DNA of 60,731 nt from Smithella sp. (GCA_049664145.1 JBATES010000123.1:1-60731); one strand, 5' to 3'; positions 1 through 10,492 are shown, numbered from the stretch's first letter. Made by a program: numbers and translations. Notes: a model not told the origin generated them from the letters alone.

Positions 1-11
1 AATGTACATTT

Positions 12-76
12 GTCATGCCGGACTTGATCCGGCATCCAGGAATTTTGAACTGGTTCCCGGCCTTCGCCGGGAAGAC
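12..76. repeat. REP/MITE-like nested-palindrome element, copy 1 (two hairpins arranged as an inverted pair)
   Basis: Read directly: GTC-ATGCCGGA-cttga-TCCGGCAT-CCAGG, 9 nt, CTGG-TTCCCGGC-cttc-GCCGGGAA-GAC. The same architecture recurs at 22550-22619. Confidence 0.6.
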
Positions 77-160
77 GTCACAACATAAATGTTCTTAGTC
101 GTAAATACTATTTTGAGACCGTTAATACATTTAAAAAATTTCGTTAGAAGCGAGCATCCT

Positions 161-1279
161 ATGCATATCGCACCACAATTCCGTAGCCTGTTCAAGGAAC
201 TTGAAAAAGGCTATTTGGAGACGCGTGAAACATTGAATAGCCTCAAGGAAAAAGGCAGTGAACTTGAAGCCATCCTGACACATGAACTCTTAAAGATGGA
301 ATCCTGGCGACCCCTCATCATGGAGCAGTTGTGGGCAGTCCATTGGGAACTGTCGCATGAGGAGCGGATAAAACATGAGGAGTTGATTCGGCAATCCATG
401 TTCCGGCGTGTTCTTTATGATGAAGCGCCTTTCTATCGCCGGATCATCGACAAGCCGGAAGGTTATGCGGGGGATGCCGAAATGATGAGGATAATCTATA
501 GGAATTTATTCGAGGGCCATACGCCCTTTGGCATGTTTGCCCATAAACAGGCAACGGCATGTCTGACCGGCGAGGCGCTTCGTAATCGCCGGGAATTTCT
601 GCGGAGGCACATCCATCAGGTGAAGCAAAAAGGGGGTGGGCGAATTTTGAGCCTCGCCGCCGGCCCCGCCATGGAAATCCAGGACGTGCTCGCTGAAGAT
701 CACAGTGGCAATGCCTTGCATTTCCACGCCTTCGATCATGACATCAATACCATCCGGAGCGTTCGCCGGCAATGCGTAGATCCCCGGTTGTCTTATGTCC
801 TGGGCAATGCTTTCCACCTGATGAAGGGAAACTATCATGTAGCGATCCCCCGGAAGCCATTCCTCAACTACTGCAATCCAAAGCAAGATTTCAAGGGCAT
901 TCGCAAAGCGCTTCTGCCCGTGAAATACAGCACCATGAAATTGAAAAGAAAAGATTACAACCTGATCTATTCCGCCGGCCTTTATGATTACATCAAAACG
1001 TTTCAAGATGATCCGACAAAGGGAACCATCGCCCTGACGAAACATGTCTTTGAACTGCTTCAGCCTGACGGCGCTCTGGTTATCGGGAATTTTTCCTCCG
1101 ATACTCCAACCGACATCCGGTTCATGATGGATAACGTTTGTGAATGGAAATTAATCTATAGAACAAAAGAGGAGATGTTCGACTTTGCCCGCGGCATTCC
1201 ACCTCAGCAGATCAAAAACATAGAAGTCCTCCAGGAACCTTTGGGAATCAATTATTTCTTAAAAATCGAGAAACGATAG
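161..1279 (+). CDS. class I SAM-dependent methyltransferase (ORF opens at 89; ATG at 161 preferred)
   Basis: Motif-I-like ILSLAAGPAMEIQD, then LIYSAGLYDYI and DGALVIGNF segments typical of Rossmann-fold methyltransferases. Confidence 0.6.
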   Translation: MHIAPQFRSLFKELEKGYLETRETLNSLKEKGSELEAILTHELLKMESWRPLIMEQLWAVHWELSHEERIKHEELIRQSMFRRVLYDEAPFYRRIIDKPEGYAGDAEMMRIIYRNLFEGHTPFGMFAHKQATACLTGEALRNRREFLRRHIHQVKQKGGGRILSLAAGPAMEIQDVLAEDHSGNALHFHAFDHDINTIRSVRRQCVDPRLSYVLGNAFHLMKGNYHVAIPRKPFLNYCNPKQDFKGIRKALLPVKYSTMKLKRKDYNLIYSAGLYDYIKTFQDDPTKGTIALTKHVFELLQPDGALVIGNFSSDTPTDIRFMMDNVCEWKLIYRTKEEMFDFARGIPPQQIKNIEVLQEPLGINYFLKIEKR

Positions 1280-1301
1280 TTAAGACAGATAAAGGGCAAT
1301 C

Positions 1302-2105
1302 ATGGAAATTAGGAAATTATTTCTTGCGTCAGTGTGTACAGCGGTGATGATTGCGATGATGGCTTGGTCTGGCCATGCTGCTGGACGTTCGGAAAACATT
1401 CTGGACATGACGTATGCTTATGACGAAAATACAATCTACTGGCCGAACGCAAAATCATTTAAGTTGACGCCTGAATTTCATGGCATCACTGATGAGGGTT
1501 ACTGGTATGCGGCAAATTTTTATGCGGCTTCGGAACATGGCGGCACGCATGCTGACGCGCCGCTTCATTTTGCAAAAAATGGTCGCACCATTGATCAAAT
1601 TTCTCTGGAAGAGTGGATTGGGCTGGCGGTAAAAATCGACGTGCGAAAACAGTGTGCCGGCAATCGGGATTATCTTTTGTCGATAGCGGATATTAAAAAA
1701 TGGGAGAAGCAATACGGCCGGATTCCGGCAGGAGCGTGGGTGATTATGTACACGGGAATCGGCACGCAATTTTATCCCGACCCGAAGCGCGTTTTGGGGA
1801 CGGATAAGAAAGGTTTGTCGGCAATTCCGGATTTGAGTTTTCCAGCTTTTTCCAAGGAGGCGGCAGAATTTCTTACCACTAAACGGAATATCAGGGGCAT
1901 TGCCATCGACGCGCCGAGCATTGATTACGGCAAGTCGCAGGATTTTTGGGTTCACCGCACTATCTGCGGCGCCAATAAACTCGCGCTGGAAAATATCGCC
2001 AATCTGGACAAACTTTCCACAAAGGGTGCAACACTATACGTGATTCCCATGTCGATCAAAGGGGCAACGGGAGCTCCGGCACGAGTTTTCGCCATTGTTC
2101 CCTGA
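1302..2105 (+). CDS. secreted cyclase-family protein (kynurenine formamidase-like fold)
   Basis: N-terminal signal peptide (LFLASVCTAVMIAMMAWSGHAAG). Metal-binding signature EHGGTHADAPLHF of the putative cyclase/arylformamidase family. Confidence 0.65.
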   Translation: MEIRKLFLASVCTAVMIAMMAWSGHAAGRSENILDMTYAYDENTIYWPNAKSFKLTPEFHGITDEGYWYAANFYAASEHGGTHADAPLHFAKNGRTIDQISLEEWIGLAVKIDVRKQCAGNRDYLLSIADIKKWEKQYGRIPAGAWVIMYTGIGTQFYPDPKRVLGTDKKGLSAIPDLSFPAFSKEAAEFLTTKRNIRGIAIDAPSIDYGKSQDFWVHRTICGANKLALENIANLDKLSTKGATLYVIPMSIKGATGAPARVFAIVP

Positions 2106-2183
2106 CCGGTTATTTGTGAACACGCATTCATCATTCTCCTTTGTAAAGTGATCTGTAGCCACCGCATCCATCTAAAAGATGTA

Positions 2184-2212
2184 TTGACAAGGCTGTCTTT
2201 TTCCTCTAATTT
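2184..2212 (+). promoter_or_regulatory. candidate sigma70-type promoter upstream of tolQ
   Basis: TTGACA (2184-2189), 17-nt spacer, TAATTT (2207-2212), about 35 nt before the tolQ GTG. The -10 match is weak. Confidence 0.3.
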
Positions 2213-2247
2213 ACACAAAAAAATAATTCCTTACTGGAGAATAAATA

Positions 2248-2967
2248 GTGAAAGAGATTGGTTCTTTAGACTTGGGCGGTAGTTTCCACGGCAGTCTTTT
2301 GGGTATGGTTATCGATGCCGGGCTGATGGTACAGTTTGTTTTGCTGTTGCTCTTTGTTTTTTCCGTGGTTTCGTGGGCGATTATTTTTCTGAAATACCGC
2401 TATTACCGGAAAGTGAACAAAGAAAACGATACTTTCGCCTCCGACTATACGCGCAGCTCCAAACTCTCCGACGTGATGCCTGCGGCAAAAAAATATGAAA
2501 ATTCCACTCTCGCGGAAGTTTTTAGGGTCGGTTATACGGAACTGACCAAAATCAACAAACAAGCCAGTGAATCGGCGGGCAGCGACGAAATCAGTCTCTC
2601 TTCTCTGGATAATCTGGAACGGGCCATGAACAGGGCGTGCAATACGGAAATGACAAAACTCGAAAGCGCTCTCGGTTTCCTGGCCACGACGGGTTCGGCC
2701 AGTCCGTTTATCGGATTATTCGGTACGGTCTGGGGCATCATGGATACTTTTAAAGAAATAGGCGCACGCGGAACGGCAACGCTGGCTGTCGTGGCGCCCG
2801 GCATTTCCGAAGCGCTGATTGCCACCGCCGCCGGCCTGGCCGCGGCCATCCCCGCCGTAATTTTCTATAATTACTTTTTGAATCAGTCCAAAAATATGGT
2901 TCAGGAAATGGAAAACTTCGCCTCCGAATTATTAAATATTGTCGAACGGCATTTTGTCCGAAAGTAA
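2248..2967 (+). CDS. tolQ: Tol-Pal system protein TolQ (MotA/TolQ/ExbB proton channel)
   Basis: GTG start. Three TM segments. SPFIGLFGTVWGIM and ISEALIATAAGLAAAIPAV motifs. Followed by tolR, tolA, tolB and pal. Confidence 0.9.
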   Translation: MKEIGSLDLGGSFHGSLLGMVIDAGLMVQFVLLLLFVFSVVSWAIIFLKYRYYRKVNKENDTFASDYTRSSKLSDVMPAAKKYENSTLAEVFRVGYTELTKINKQASESAGSDEISLSSLDNLERAMNRACNTEMTKLESALGFLATTGSASPFIGLFGTVWGIMDTFKEIGARGTATLAVVAPGISEALIATAAGLAAAIPAVIFYNYFLNQSKNMVQEMENFASELLNIVERHFVRK

Positions 2968-2987
2968 AAGCCGGGAAAGTTTTTTCT

Positions 2988-3410
2988 ATGAGCAAATTTC
3001 GCAGAATCCATCATTCCGAGAAGCCGCTGGCGGAAATTAACGTGACGCCTTTAGTGGATGTCATGCTGGTGTTGCTGATTATCTTCATGGTCACGGCACC
3101 GATGCTTTCGATGGGCATTGATGTCAATCTGCCGAAGGTGCAATCAAAAAGCATCGACGTCGCCGAAGAAAAACTCGTGCTGACCATCAGCGAGTCGAAG
3201 GAAATATACCTGAACAAGACAAAGTTGCAACTGGGAGAATTAAATCCCAAACTGGAAGCCATCTTCTCCAACAGAATCGATCGTGAGTTGTTTCTTCGCG
3301 CCGATAAAAGTGTGCCTTATGGTTTTGTGGTCGAGGTTATGTCGGAAGTGCGTAAATCCGGCGTTGATAAACTGGGGATGATTACGGAACCGCCTGAGGA
3401 AACAAAATGA
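2988..3410 (+). CDS. tolR: Tol-Pal system protein TolR (ExbD/TolR family)
   Basis: EINVTPLVDVMLVLLIIFM N-terminal TM motif, 140 aa, position after tolQ. Confidence 0.9.
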   Translation: MSKFRRIHHSEKPLAEINVTPLVDVMLVLLIIFMVTAPMLSMGIDVNLPKVQSKSIDVAEEKLVLTISESKEIYLNKTKLQLGELNPKLEAIFSNRIDRELFLRADKSVPYGFVVEVMSEVRKSGVDKLGMITEPPEETK

Positions 3411-4144
3411 TGCCCCGGATGCCCGGCAAAAGCTACGGCGGACATGACGGCAACCTCAACAATATGATTTTCGTTTCTCTTATCTGCCATTTGATTGTCG
3501 TTACCATTATTCTCGTTTCCGTCCCGACAACTTCACGGCGTCTGACTTTTGGACCGATTTATTCGGTTCAGCTTGTCGGTTCCGAAGTGATAGCGCAGTC
3601 CAGCGCCACTTCCGGCACTTCCAGTATGCAGGAGATGCTGCAAACCACTAAAGCGCCAAGCGCCATTATTCTCAAGAACAAGCTGACGAGCATCGCTCCG
3701 ACGCCGATCAAAACGCAGGACACCGACAGATTCAACATTGAAAAAGCCCTCCATGACATCCGGCAAAGCCAGCGTAACCAGAATAATCCGCCAACCGCGT
3801 CCGCCCAAGCAGCCGGAACCACCGGAACAGCCATTTCGGACGCTGCCATCAACGCGCAAACCAATGAATATATCAGCGCTGTATGGTCCAGGGTCAAACA
3901 GAACTGGGCGATGCCGCAATCATTAATGCCGGCCAGAAACATCACCACGATTATCGGTGTAAAAATTGCGCGCAATGGCGCGCTGGAATACGCGGGTTTT
4001 GAAAAGCGCTCCGGCAACAGTTATTTCGACAACTCCGCTCTTCGGGCGGTAAAAAAAGCAAGCCCGTTCCCGCCGCTGCCCTCCTGGGTCAGGGACAACA
4101 GCATTGAAATCGGCATACGTTTTCATTCGGCGGAACTGCGATAG
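3407..4144 (+). CDS. tolA: TolA-like protein (TonB/TolA C-terminal domain)
   Basis: 4-nt overlap with tolR. Single N-terminal TM, low-complexity linker, C-terminal SAVWSRVKQNW...ALRAVKKASPFPPLP TonB_C-type domain. Synteny supports the call. Confidence 0.7.
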   Translation: MMPRMPGKSYGGHDGNLNNMIFVSLICHLIVVTIILVSVPTTSRRLTFGPIYSVQLVGSEVIAQSSATSGTSSMQEMLQTTKAPSAIILKNKLTSIAPTPIKTQDTDRFNIEKALHDIRQSQRNQNNPPTASAQAAGTTGTAISDAAINAQTNEYISAVWSRVKQNWAMPQSLMPARNITTIIGVKIARNGALEYAGFEKRSGNSYFDNSALRAVKKASPFPPLPSWVRDNSIEIGIRFHSAELR

Positions 4145-4172
4145 TTATTTATAAGAAAGGATACCATTGGCT

Positions 4173-5486
4173 ATGATGAAAAAAATTGTTTTTCAATTCA
4201 TTTTGCTGTGGCTTTGCTTTGCGTTCATCGATTTCAACCATTCCGCCGCTGCGAAAGTATATGTGGATATAGACTCTCCGACATTTCGTCCGATTCCCAT
4301 TGCGATTGCGGATTTTAACAACAGAGCGCCGGGAGCGGCAGGACAGACGGGCATGGGCGGCGTAATCGCCGAAGCCGTCAGACAGGATCTTGCCCTGACA
4401 GGCATATTCAATATTCTCAATCAGAAAGGATTTCTGGAAACAAACGTGGCAACTGACAAAATTAATTCTTCAGATTGGACACCGCTCGGCGCCGATTACC
4501 TTCTGAAAGGTGAGGTGGTTAAAAATGATCAGGACATTATTGCCAACGGCTACCTCTTTGATGTCAGCCGGGGAGAGTTTATTTTGGCCAGGAAATACCG
4601 CGTGGCGGCAGGCCAATCCAAGGCGCTTTCCCGCGCCATCGCTGTGGACATTATGCGAGCCCTGGTCAACGATGAAGGGGACTTTAACACGAAAATCGCG
4701 TTTGTTCCCAAGAACGGTCTGAAATCGGATATTCATTCTATCGGATATGACGGGACCGACTTAAAAAGCATGACCAGTCACAAATCCATTCTGCTGACGC
4801 CCCGCTGGTCTCCGGATGGAAATTTTCTCGCCTTCACGTCCTTTAAACGGGGGCGTCCGGAAATTTACATACGCAATTTGAAAAACGGTCTGGAAAGGAA
4901 GGTGGCCGCTTTTACGGGAATTAACCTGTGCGGTACGTTTTCTCCCGATGGCAGAAAATTATTATTAACGCTGAGCAAGGACGGCAATAACGAAATATAT
5001 TCGCTGGACATTAGTTCTTTATTGCTCCGGCGTCTGACCAATAATCATGCCATCGATGTTTCTCCTTCGTGGTCACCAGACGGGAAAAAGATAGCCTTCG
5101 TTTCGAACCGTTCCGGCTCGCCGCAAATTTATACGATGGATGCCGACGGCGGTAATGTTAAAAGAATAACGTATGAGGGAACGTATAATTCATCGCCGGT
5201 CTGGTCGCCGCGCGGTGACGCCATTGCCTACGAAGGACAAAGTCATAGCCGGTATCAAATCTTCATCATTGATGCGGAAGGCGGCAATCCCAAGCAACTG
5301 ACTTCCAATAACGCCAATAATGAATCTCCTTCATGGTCGCCTTCCGGCCGGCAAATTGTGTACGTCTCCCGCAATCAGTCCAGAAGCAAAATTGTTATTA
5401 TGAATTCGAACGGATCAAGCCCGAGGCAGCTTTATGAGACAAGCGGTAAACTGGTTACGCCGTCCTGGTCGCCCCGCTTGAGATAA
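4173..5486 (+). CDS. tolB: Tol-Pal system beta-propeller protein TolB (ORF opens with TTG at 4167; ATG 4173 preferred)
   Basis: Signal peptide. Repeated WSPDG / FSPDG / WSPSG / WSPRG propeller blades. Synteny supports the call. Confidence 0.92.
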   Translation: MMKKIVFQFILLWLCFAFIDFNHSAAAKVYVDIDSPTFRPIPIAIADFNNRAPGAAGQTGMGGVIAEAVRQDLALTGIFNILNQKGFLETNVATDKINSSDWTPLGADYLLKGEVVKNDQDIIANGYLFDVSRGEFILARKYRVAAGQSKALSRAIAVDIMRALVNDEGDFNTKIAFVPKNGLKSDIHSIGYDGTDLKSMTSHKSILLTPRWSPDGNFLAFTSFKRGRPEIYIRNLKNGLERKVAAFTGINLCGTFSPDGRKLLLTLSKDGNNEIYSLDISSLLLRRLTNNHAIDVSPSWSPDGKKIAFVSNRSGSPQIYTMDADGGNVKRITYEGTYNSSPVWSPRGDAIAYEGQSHSRYQIFIIDAEGGNPKQLTSNNANNESPSWSPSGRQIVYVSRNQSRSKIVIMNSNGSSPRQLYETSGKLVTPSWSPRLR

Positions 5487-5638
5487 CGGTATAAAATTTT
5501 TCGGGGTTGTTATTTTTGCCGCTTTGCCGTATAAGACATCAACAACACAAATTGAAAATTATCAGCAGTCGTTTGAGGAAAATATTTTATTTTGTCATCA
5601 CATGAATTGATTGAGCTTATCAAGAAAGGATTTTTATT

Positions 5639-6202
5639 ATGAAAAATTGCATAACGTTTAAAGGCATGATCGTCGTTTTGATACTGAGCCTGCTGGTATT
5701 TGCCGGCTGTTCATCCAAAAAATCTGTCGTGACCAGCGATACCGGCAGAGATCAGGGTGTCACATCTGACACTGCCCGGCAGGACGCTCTGAAAGAGCAG
5801 GCCAGAGCGGACGCGGAGCGGGAGGCGTTGAATCAATCCGTTGATCTGGAAAAAATGTCCCAGATAAAATCGCCGGTCAGTGATATTAATTTTGATTTTG
5901 ACAGTTCCAGCATTCGTCCCGACGCCCGCGCCATTCTCGAACGCAACGCGGATTATTTCATGAACAACAGGGTGTCATCCATTGTGATTGAGGGCCATTG
6001 CGATGAACAGGGAACCGCCGAATATAATATGGCTCTGGGAGAAAGACGCGCTCAGGAAACAAAAAAATATCTGGTGAACCTGGGCGTCAAAGAATCCTTG
6101 ATGGAAACCGTCAGCTTCGGCGAGGAAAATCCTTTGGATCCCGCATCCGACGATGAAGCCTGGGCCAAAAACAGACGCGCGCATTTTGTAGTCAATCCAT
6201 AA
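5639..6202 (+). CDS. pal: peptidoglycan-associated lipoprotein Pal (OmpA-like domain)
   Basis: Lipobox LVFAGC. OmpA_C motifs NFDFDSSSIRPDA, IEGHCDEQGTAEYNMALGERRA. Confidence 0.9.
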   Translation: MKNCITFKGMIVVLILSLLVFAGCSSKKSVVTSDTGRDQGVTSDTARQDALKEQARADAEREALNQSVDLEKMSQIKSPVSDINFDFDSSSIRPDARAILERNADYFMNNRVSSIVIEGHCDEQGTAEYNMALGERRAQETKKYLVNLGVKESLMETVSFGEENPLDPASDDEAWAKNRRAHFVVNP

Positions 6203-6214
6203 ATATTATCCGAG

Positions 6215-7030
6215 GTGAAAAAATTGAAAAAATATTTGTCGATTATTTTGTTGCTGGCTTTGCTATCGCTGGTCGGCTGCGCCACCACCGGTGATTTGAA
6301 AGCGCTCCGCTCGGAATTGAACCAGAAAATGGATGAGAAATATTCCATGATCGATGCCGACTTGAGCGACTTGAAGAAAAACGTTGCCTCATTGGAAGCC
6401 ATGCGCAAAGGGCAAGCCAATACGGCGGCGGATATTTCCGAATTAAGAGACAATATTCAGCAATTGCGCGGACAGATCGAATCGTTGAAAAAAGATCTGG
6501 CTACCGGCTCCAAAAAGGAAGATCAGCGTCTTGACAATATCCTTTTAAAAATTAATTTCATCGAAAATTTCCTGGAAATCGGCGGCAAAACCAACTCCAG
6601 TGATGCCGGAGGGAAAACAAGCGGCATACCTGTCTCCGCTGATCCATCCAAAACACAGGATAAGGAAAAAGCGTATTCGGCCGCTTACAAGATGTTTCAG
6701 GACGGAAGTTACGATAAAGCCAGAAAAGCCTTTCAGAGCTTTCTGGAAAATTACCCCAACAGCGAGTATTCCGATAACGCCCAGTTCTGGATCGGAGAGT
6801 GCTATTTCTTTGAGCAAAAATATGAAGCGGCCATTCTGGAATATGAAAAGGTGACTAAAAATTATCCGAACGGCAATAAGGTATCCTACGCACTGCTCAA
6901 GCAAGGACTGGCTTTCAGCAAACTGGGCGACAAGACCTCGGCCAAATTACTTTTACAGCAGGTCATTAAAAATTATCCGAACACCAGCCAGGCGCGTATC
7001 GCCCGTTCCAGTTTGCAGGAAATCAAATAG
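6215..7030 (+). CDS. cpoB: Tol-Pal system protein CpoB/YbgF (coiled coil + TPR). The start may be TTG at 6224, behind a GAGGTG RBS.
   Basis: Lipobox LSLVGC, N-terminal coiled coil, C-terminal TPR (YSAAYKMFQDGSYDKARKAFQSFLENYPNSEYSDNAQFWIGECYF). Last gene of the tol-pal cluster. Confidence 0.8.
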   Translation: MKKLKKYLSIILLLALLSLVGCATTGDLKALRSELNQKMDEKYSMIDADLSDLKKNVASLEAMRKGQANTAADISELRDNIQQLRGQIESLKKDLATGSKKEDQRLDNILLKINFIENFLEIGGKTNSSDAGGKTSGIPVSADPSKTQDKEKAYSAAYKMFQDGSYDKARKAFQSFLENYPNSEYSDNAQFWIGECYFFEQKYEAAILEYEKVTKNYPNGNKVSYALLKQGLAFSKLGDKTSAKLLLQQVIKNYPNTSQARIARSSLQEIK

Positions 7031-7052
7031 ACGCTTTTTAGAACATCCCGAA

Positions 7053-7862
7053 TTATTTCAAGGTGATTTCTTTGGTATTGGCGGGAATCTCCAGATAAAA
7101 CAGAGATAAATCAGCGGACTTTTCCATTTTCACATCCGAATATTTCACTGTTAACGAAGAAGTGCCGTCTCCCATTTTAATGATAATTTGCCGCGGTAAA
7201 TCACCGGCAGGATCCTCGTAAATATATTGTACATTGTAAAGTTCCTGACCGGCTTCATCTTTGCGCAGCATTTTGAGCGGTTTATTTTGAGTCCGCATCC
7301 AAATGATTTGCGAACGGCCCGAAGGCGCTTTCATTTCCCGGCGTGAAAGATTTTCTTCCCGGAATTCGCGATCATCAACTTTCTTTCCCGGCAAAGCAGG
7401 AAAGCTTCCGGTCAAAATCATGACCATATCTTCAATTTCCATGGGCCAGGGTAGAAATTTTTTCAGGTTATCCGCTGTGGGTTGTCCACTGTATAATTCT
7501 CCACGGGAAGGAATGAAAATCTGCAATTTGTCGCGTGTGGTGGTCAGCACAAAATCCGGCACGCCGATGATCGGCAGCAATTCTATGCGCAAATAACAGG
7601 GTCTTTTTAAAACCAGAGCGGCTTTCACCGGATAATAACCACCGGACGTCACAATATCTATTTCCGCCAGAGCGCTGAATATAGCATCCTGATGCTCAAC
7701 GCCTGTTGATAACGGGGTAATTTCGTCTGCTGACAAACCGTTGGCAATTACCGTCTGTTGCTTGACACCACAAGAAAGCAAAGGTATCGACAATAAGCCT
7801 AGCGCTGCAAAGGGGAATACGGCTCTGACGAAAATTTTAAAAAAGACACGGCATGAAACCAT
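7053..7862 (-). CDS. outer-membrane lipoprotein, LolB-like/DUF4292-type
   Basis: Lipobox IPLLSC, about 270 aa beta-rich protein immediately downstream of a TPR lipoprotein. The family assignment is from memory and tentative. Confidence 0.45.
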   Translation of the reverse strand: MVSCRVFFKIFVRAVFPFAALGLLSIPLLSCGVKQQTVIANGLSADEITPLSTGVEHQDAIFSALAEIDIVTSGGYYPVKAALVLKRPCYLRIELLPIIGVPDFVLTTTRDKLQIFIPSRGELYSGQPTADNLKKFLPWPMEIEDMVMILTGSFPALPGKKVDDREFREENLSRREMKAPSGRSQIIWMRTQNKPLKMLRKDEAGQELYNVQYIYEDPAGDLPRQIIIKMGDGTSSLTVKYSDVKMEKSADLSLFYLEIPANTKEITLK

Positions 7863-7874
7863 GATGTATTGCTA

Positions 7875-9584
7875 TTATTTTTTCCTGGTTAAGTCTTCCC
7901 GTTTCTTTTGCACGGAAACATTTTGAGGATCAATTTTCAACGCGCGTTCGTACATCGTTCGGGCTTCTTTAATCTTTTTCTGCCTGACGTACAAATCTCC
8001 CATATGTTCAATGACGTCAACTTCATTCGGCAACAGTTCCAGCGCCTGCTTTAAATACTTTTCAGCATTAGACAATTTATTTTTTTTGAAATAAACCCAG
8101 CCCAGACTATCCAGCAAATAGCCGCTACCCGGTTTAATTTCCAGCGCTTTCGTAATCATTTTTTCCGCTTCGTCAAGATTGATGTCCCGCTCGGCATAAC
8201 TGTAACCGATGAAATTAAGGGTTTCGGCGTGATTGGGATCCATGACTAAAATCTCTTGCATCGTCTTAATGCTTTCATCAAAACGCTTGGTTTTATCGTA
8301 AAAGACACCTAAGGCATAATGCAAATCGATATTTTTCGGAGCAACTTTGATTCCTTCCCGGAGAATATTTTCCGCGCTGGAGGTATCGGTGGTTTCCTCA
8401 TAAAGAGCTGATAAGAAAAGATAGAAAGGCACCTGATCATTTTTTTTCTTCAGCGCTGTTTTGATGAGATTAATGGACTCGTTGATTTTGCCTTCGTTTT
8501 TATAAAGCATGGCAGCGCGAATCTGAGAGCTGACGTACAAATCGGAGGTTCCGGCAATATCTTTATATTCTTCTATCGCGTTTTGGTTCTCTCCTTTTTG
8601 CTCATAAGTGGTTGCCAGCAAATAACGAACCTTGTCATCGCTCACATTCTGCTGCAGAATCGCCGTGAATTCCGCAATCGCCAGATCCAGTTTATTCATG
8701 TCATAGTACAATAAGCCCAGCGCCACTCGGATATCCCGGTTGCCGGGATCGATTTTTAAAACTTCCCGGAATTCTTTCTCCGCTTCCTCGTATTTTTTCT
8801 TTTTGATCAGAAGCTCGCCTGTTCTGATTCGTAAATTGATCCTCGCGGGATCAACGGCCAGATATTTACGATAAATCTCTATCGCTTTATCCAGTTTCTC
8901 CTGCTTTTCATAAAGAGCGGCTAAATCAAATAAAGCCATTTCAAAGTAAGGATTTAAGGACATGGCTTTCTTGAACATTTTTTCCGCTTCTTCAAAACGC
9001 TGCATCTTCTCAAGCACTTTGCCGTAATAATAAATGCCCATAATATTGTCGGGATCTATTTTCAGCATTTTCTTAAAAGTTTCTTCGGCCTTGTTGTATC
9101 TCTTTTCTTCAGCGAAGATTATCCCCAGATAAAGATGGGCAATCAGATTTTGGGGATCCAGTTCAATGACTTTTTTGTGCTCGCTGATCGCTTGCGCATA
9201 TTCCTGGATATTCAGGTATAAACCTCCCATGATCAGATGCAGATCAGCATTAGCGGAGTGCCGGGTCAGGGCTTCTTCGCCCAAAGCAATCGCTTTACTG
9301 AAATTGCCCTGCTCCGCGTAAAGGGAGATAAGGTCGTTGGTCAGGTAAGCAGAATCGGGATCGGCGGCGACCGCCTGATGCATCTCCTGAGTGGCCTCTT
9401 CCAGCTTTCCTTCATTCCGCAAGAGGATACTCAGGGAATAATGGTAAGACGCTTTGGACTGGACTGTTTCCTGGGAGTCCGCATCCATTTTCTGCAGATT
9501 TGCGCAGCTGGAGATATTCAGCACAGCAAAAATAAATGCTGATAGCAGCATGAGCGGAACTTGTTTCGTATTGAATGTGCGCAT
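7875..9584 (-). CDS. tetratricopeptide-repeat (TPR) lipoprotein
   Basis: Lipobox NISSC. More than 12 consecutive 34-aa TPR units (e.g. AIEIYRKYLAVDPARINLRIRTGELLIKKKKYEEAEKEFREVLKIDPGN). Confidence 0.8.
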   Translation of the reverse strand: MRTFNTKQVPLMLLSAFIFAVLNISSCANLQKMDADSQETVQSKASYHYSLSILLRNEGKLEEATQEMHQAVAADPDSAYLTNDLISLYAEQGNFSKAIALGEEALTRHSANADLHLIMGGLYLNIQEYAQAISEHKKVIELDPQNLIAHLYLGIIFAEEKRYNKAEETFKKMLKIDPDNIMGIYYYGKVLEKMQRFEEAEKMFKKAMSLNPYFEMALFDLAALYEKQEKLDKAIEIYRKYLAVDPARINLRIRTGELLIKKKKYEEAEKEFREVLKIDPGNRDIRVALGLLYYDMNKLDLAIAEFTAILQQNVSDDKVRYLLATTYEQKGENQNAIEEYKDIAGTSDLYVSSQIRAAMLYKNEGKINESINLIKTALKKKNDQVPFYLFLSALYEETTDTSSAENILREGIKVAPKNIDLHYALGVFYDKTKRFDESIKTMQEILVMDPNHAETLNFIGYSYAERDINLDEAEKMITKALEIKPGSGYLLDSLGWVYFKKNKLSNAEKYLKQALELLPNEVDVIEHMGDLYVRQKKIKEARTMYERALKIDPQNVSVQKKREDLTRKK

Positions 9585-9631
9585 TGCTTTTTATCTTTCC
9601 TTATTATCGAATAATCATGACGGGTTACTTT

Positions 9632-10492
9632 TCATTTTTTAATCAACCTGGAAACAGGAACAATCGACACACCTTTTTGACGCATTATTTTTGTCGCGTC
9701 TTTAAGTGCCCGCACCGTTTCCGGATAAGGATGGCCAATAATGATCTCCGCGGAGGTATCGGCGCCATTGGCAACATTCATTAAATTACCGTAAATTTTA
9801 TTATAATCCCGATTATTATCAATAAAAATGTTTCGTTCAACCATTTTTAAACCTGTTTTCCCGGCGACAGCAGACGTTTTGGTGTCTGCTGACGTACGCG
9901 AATCCACAAAGAACATATTACGCTTTTTCAGTTCTTTAAAAACGACAGACAGTTTTTTTTCGTCCATCATAAATTTGGAACCCATATGGTTGTTCACGCC
10001 GGACACGTAAGGTACGGCGGTAAAATTTTTTCTCAATTGCAGCGCAATCTCCTCATCGCTCATGTCCGTAAAAAGTGCTCCTTCTCCCGGTTTTTCATCA
10101 GGATAAGAAACCGGCTCCATGGGCAAGTGCAGAAGGGTCTCCTTTTTTGCTTTATGAAACATTTCTGCCGCCTCGCGGGAATGTTTCTGAAAAGGAACAA
10201 TGGCAAATGTTAAATCGGCATTAATTTTCAGTAATGCCTGAGCAGCGTTTAAATCGTAACCGATATCATCAATAATGATCGCCACTTCCCGTAACGGCGC
10301 GGTTTTTACAGATATGCTTTTTTTCGATTTTTCTTTGAGCTTAACCGTTTCTTTCGTTATTTGTTTTTTTAATCGTTGCGTCTCTTTGATCGCGGGCTCT
10401 TCCTCCTGAAACAGCACATAAAAAATGCCCGCGACGGATAATGCGATGAATAGAATGAGTGTCGCCGTAAAAAGTTTTCTCAATAACGTCAT
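9632..10492 (-). CDS. divergent polysaccharide deacetylase family protein (YibQ-like)
   Basis: N-terminal TM, VAIIIDDIGY motif, NNHMGSKF. Located next to a Ctp protease, as in envC-ctp-yibQ neighbourhoods. Confidence 0.7.
   Translation of the reverse strand: MTLLRKLFTATLILFIALSVAGIFYVLFQEEEPAIKETQRLKKQITKETVKLKEKSKKSISVKTAPLREVAIIIDDIGYDLNAAQALLKINADLTFAIVPFQKHSREAAEMFHKAKKETLLHLPMEPVSYPDEKPGEGALFTDMSDEEIALQLRKNFTAVPYVSGVNNHMGSKFMMDEKKLSVVFKELKKRNMFFVDSRTSADTKTSAVAGKTGLKMVERNIFIDNNRDYNKIYGNLMNVANGADTSAEIIIGHPYPETVRALKDATKIMRQKGVSIVPVSRLIKK

Noticed and set aside
13-195. 60-aa minus-strand ORF at the window start.
   Set aside because: It overlaps REP-like element copy 1 and the start of the methyltransferase gene. 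No RBS or family signature is present.
506-1045. Long antisense ORFs inside well-supported genes, for example 506-1045, 12558-12986, 16127-16825, 49087-49596, 51400-51957, 55454-56107 and 58027-58869.
   Set aside because: Each lies opposite a gene with clear family motifs. The translations are Arg/Gly/His-rich or low-complexity with no recognisable motifs, which is typical of shadow ORFs.
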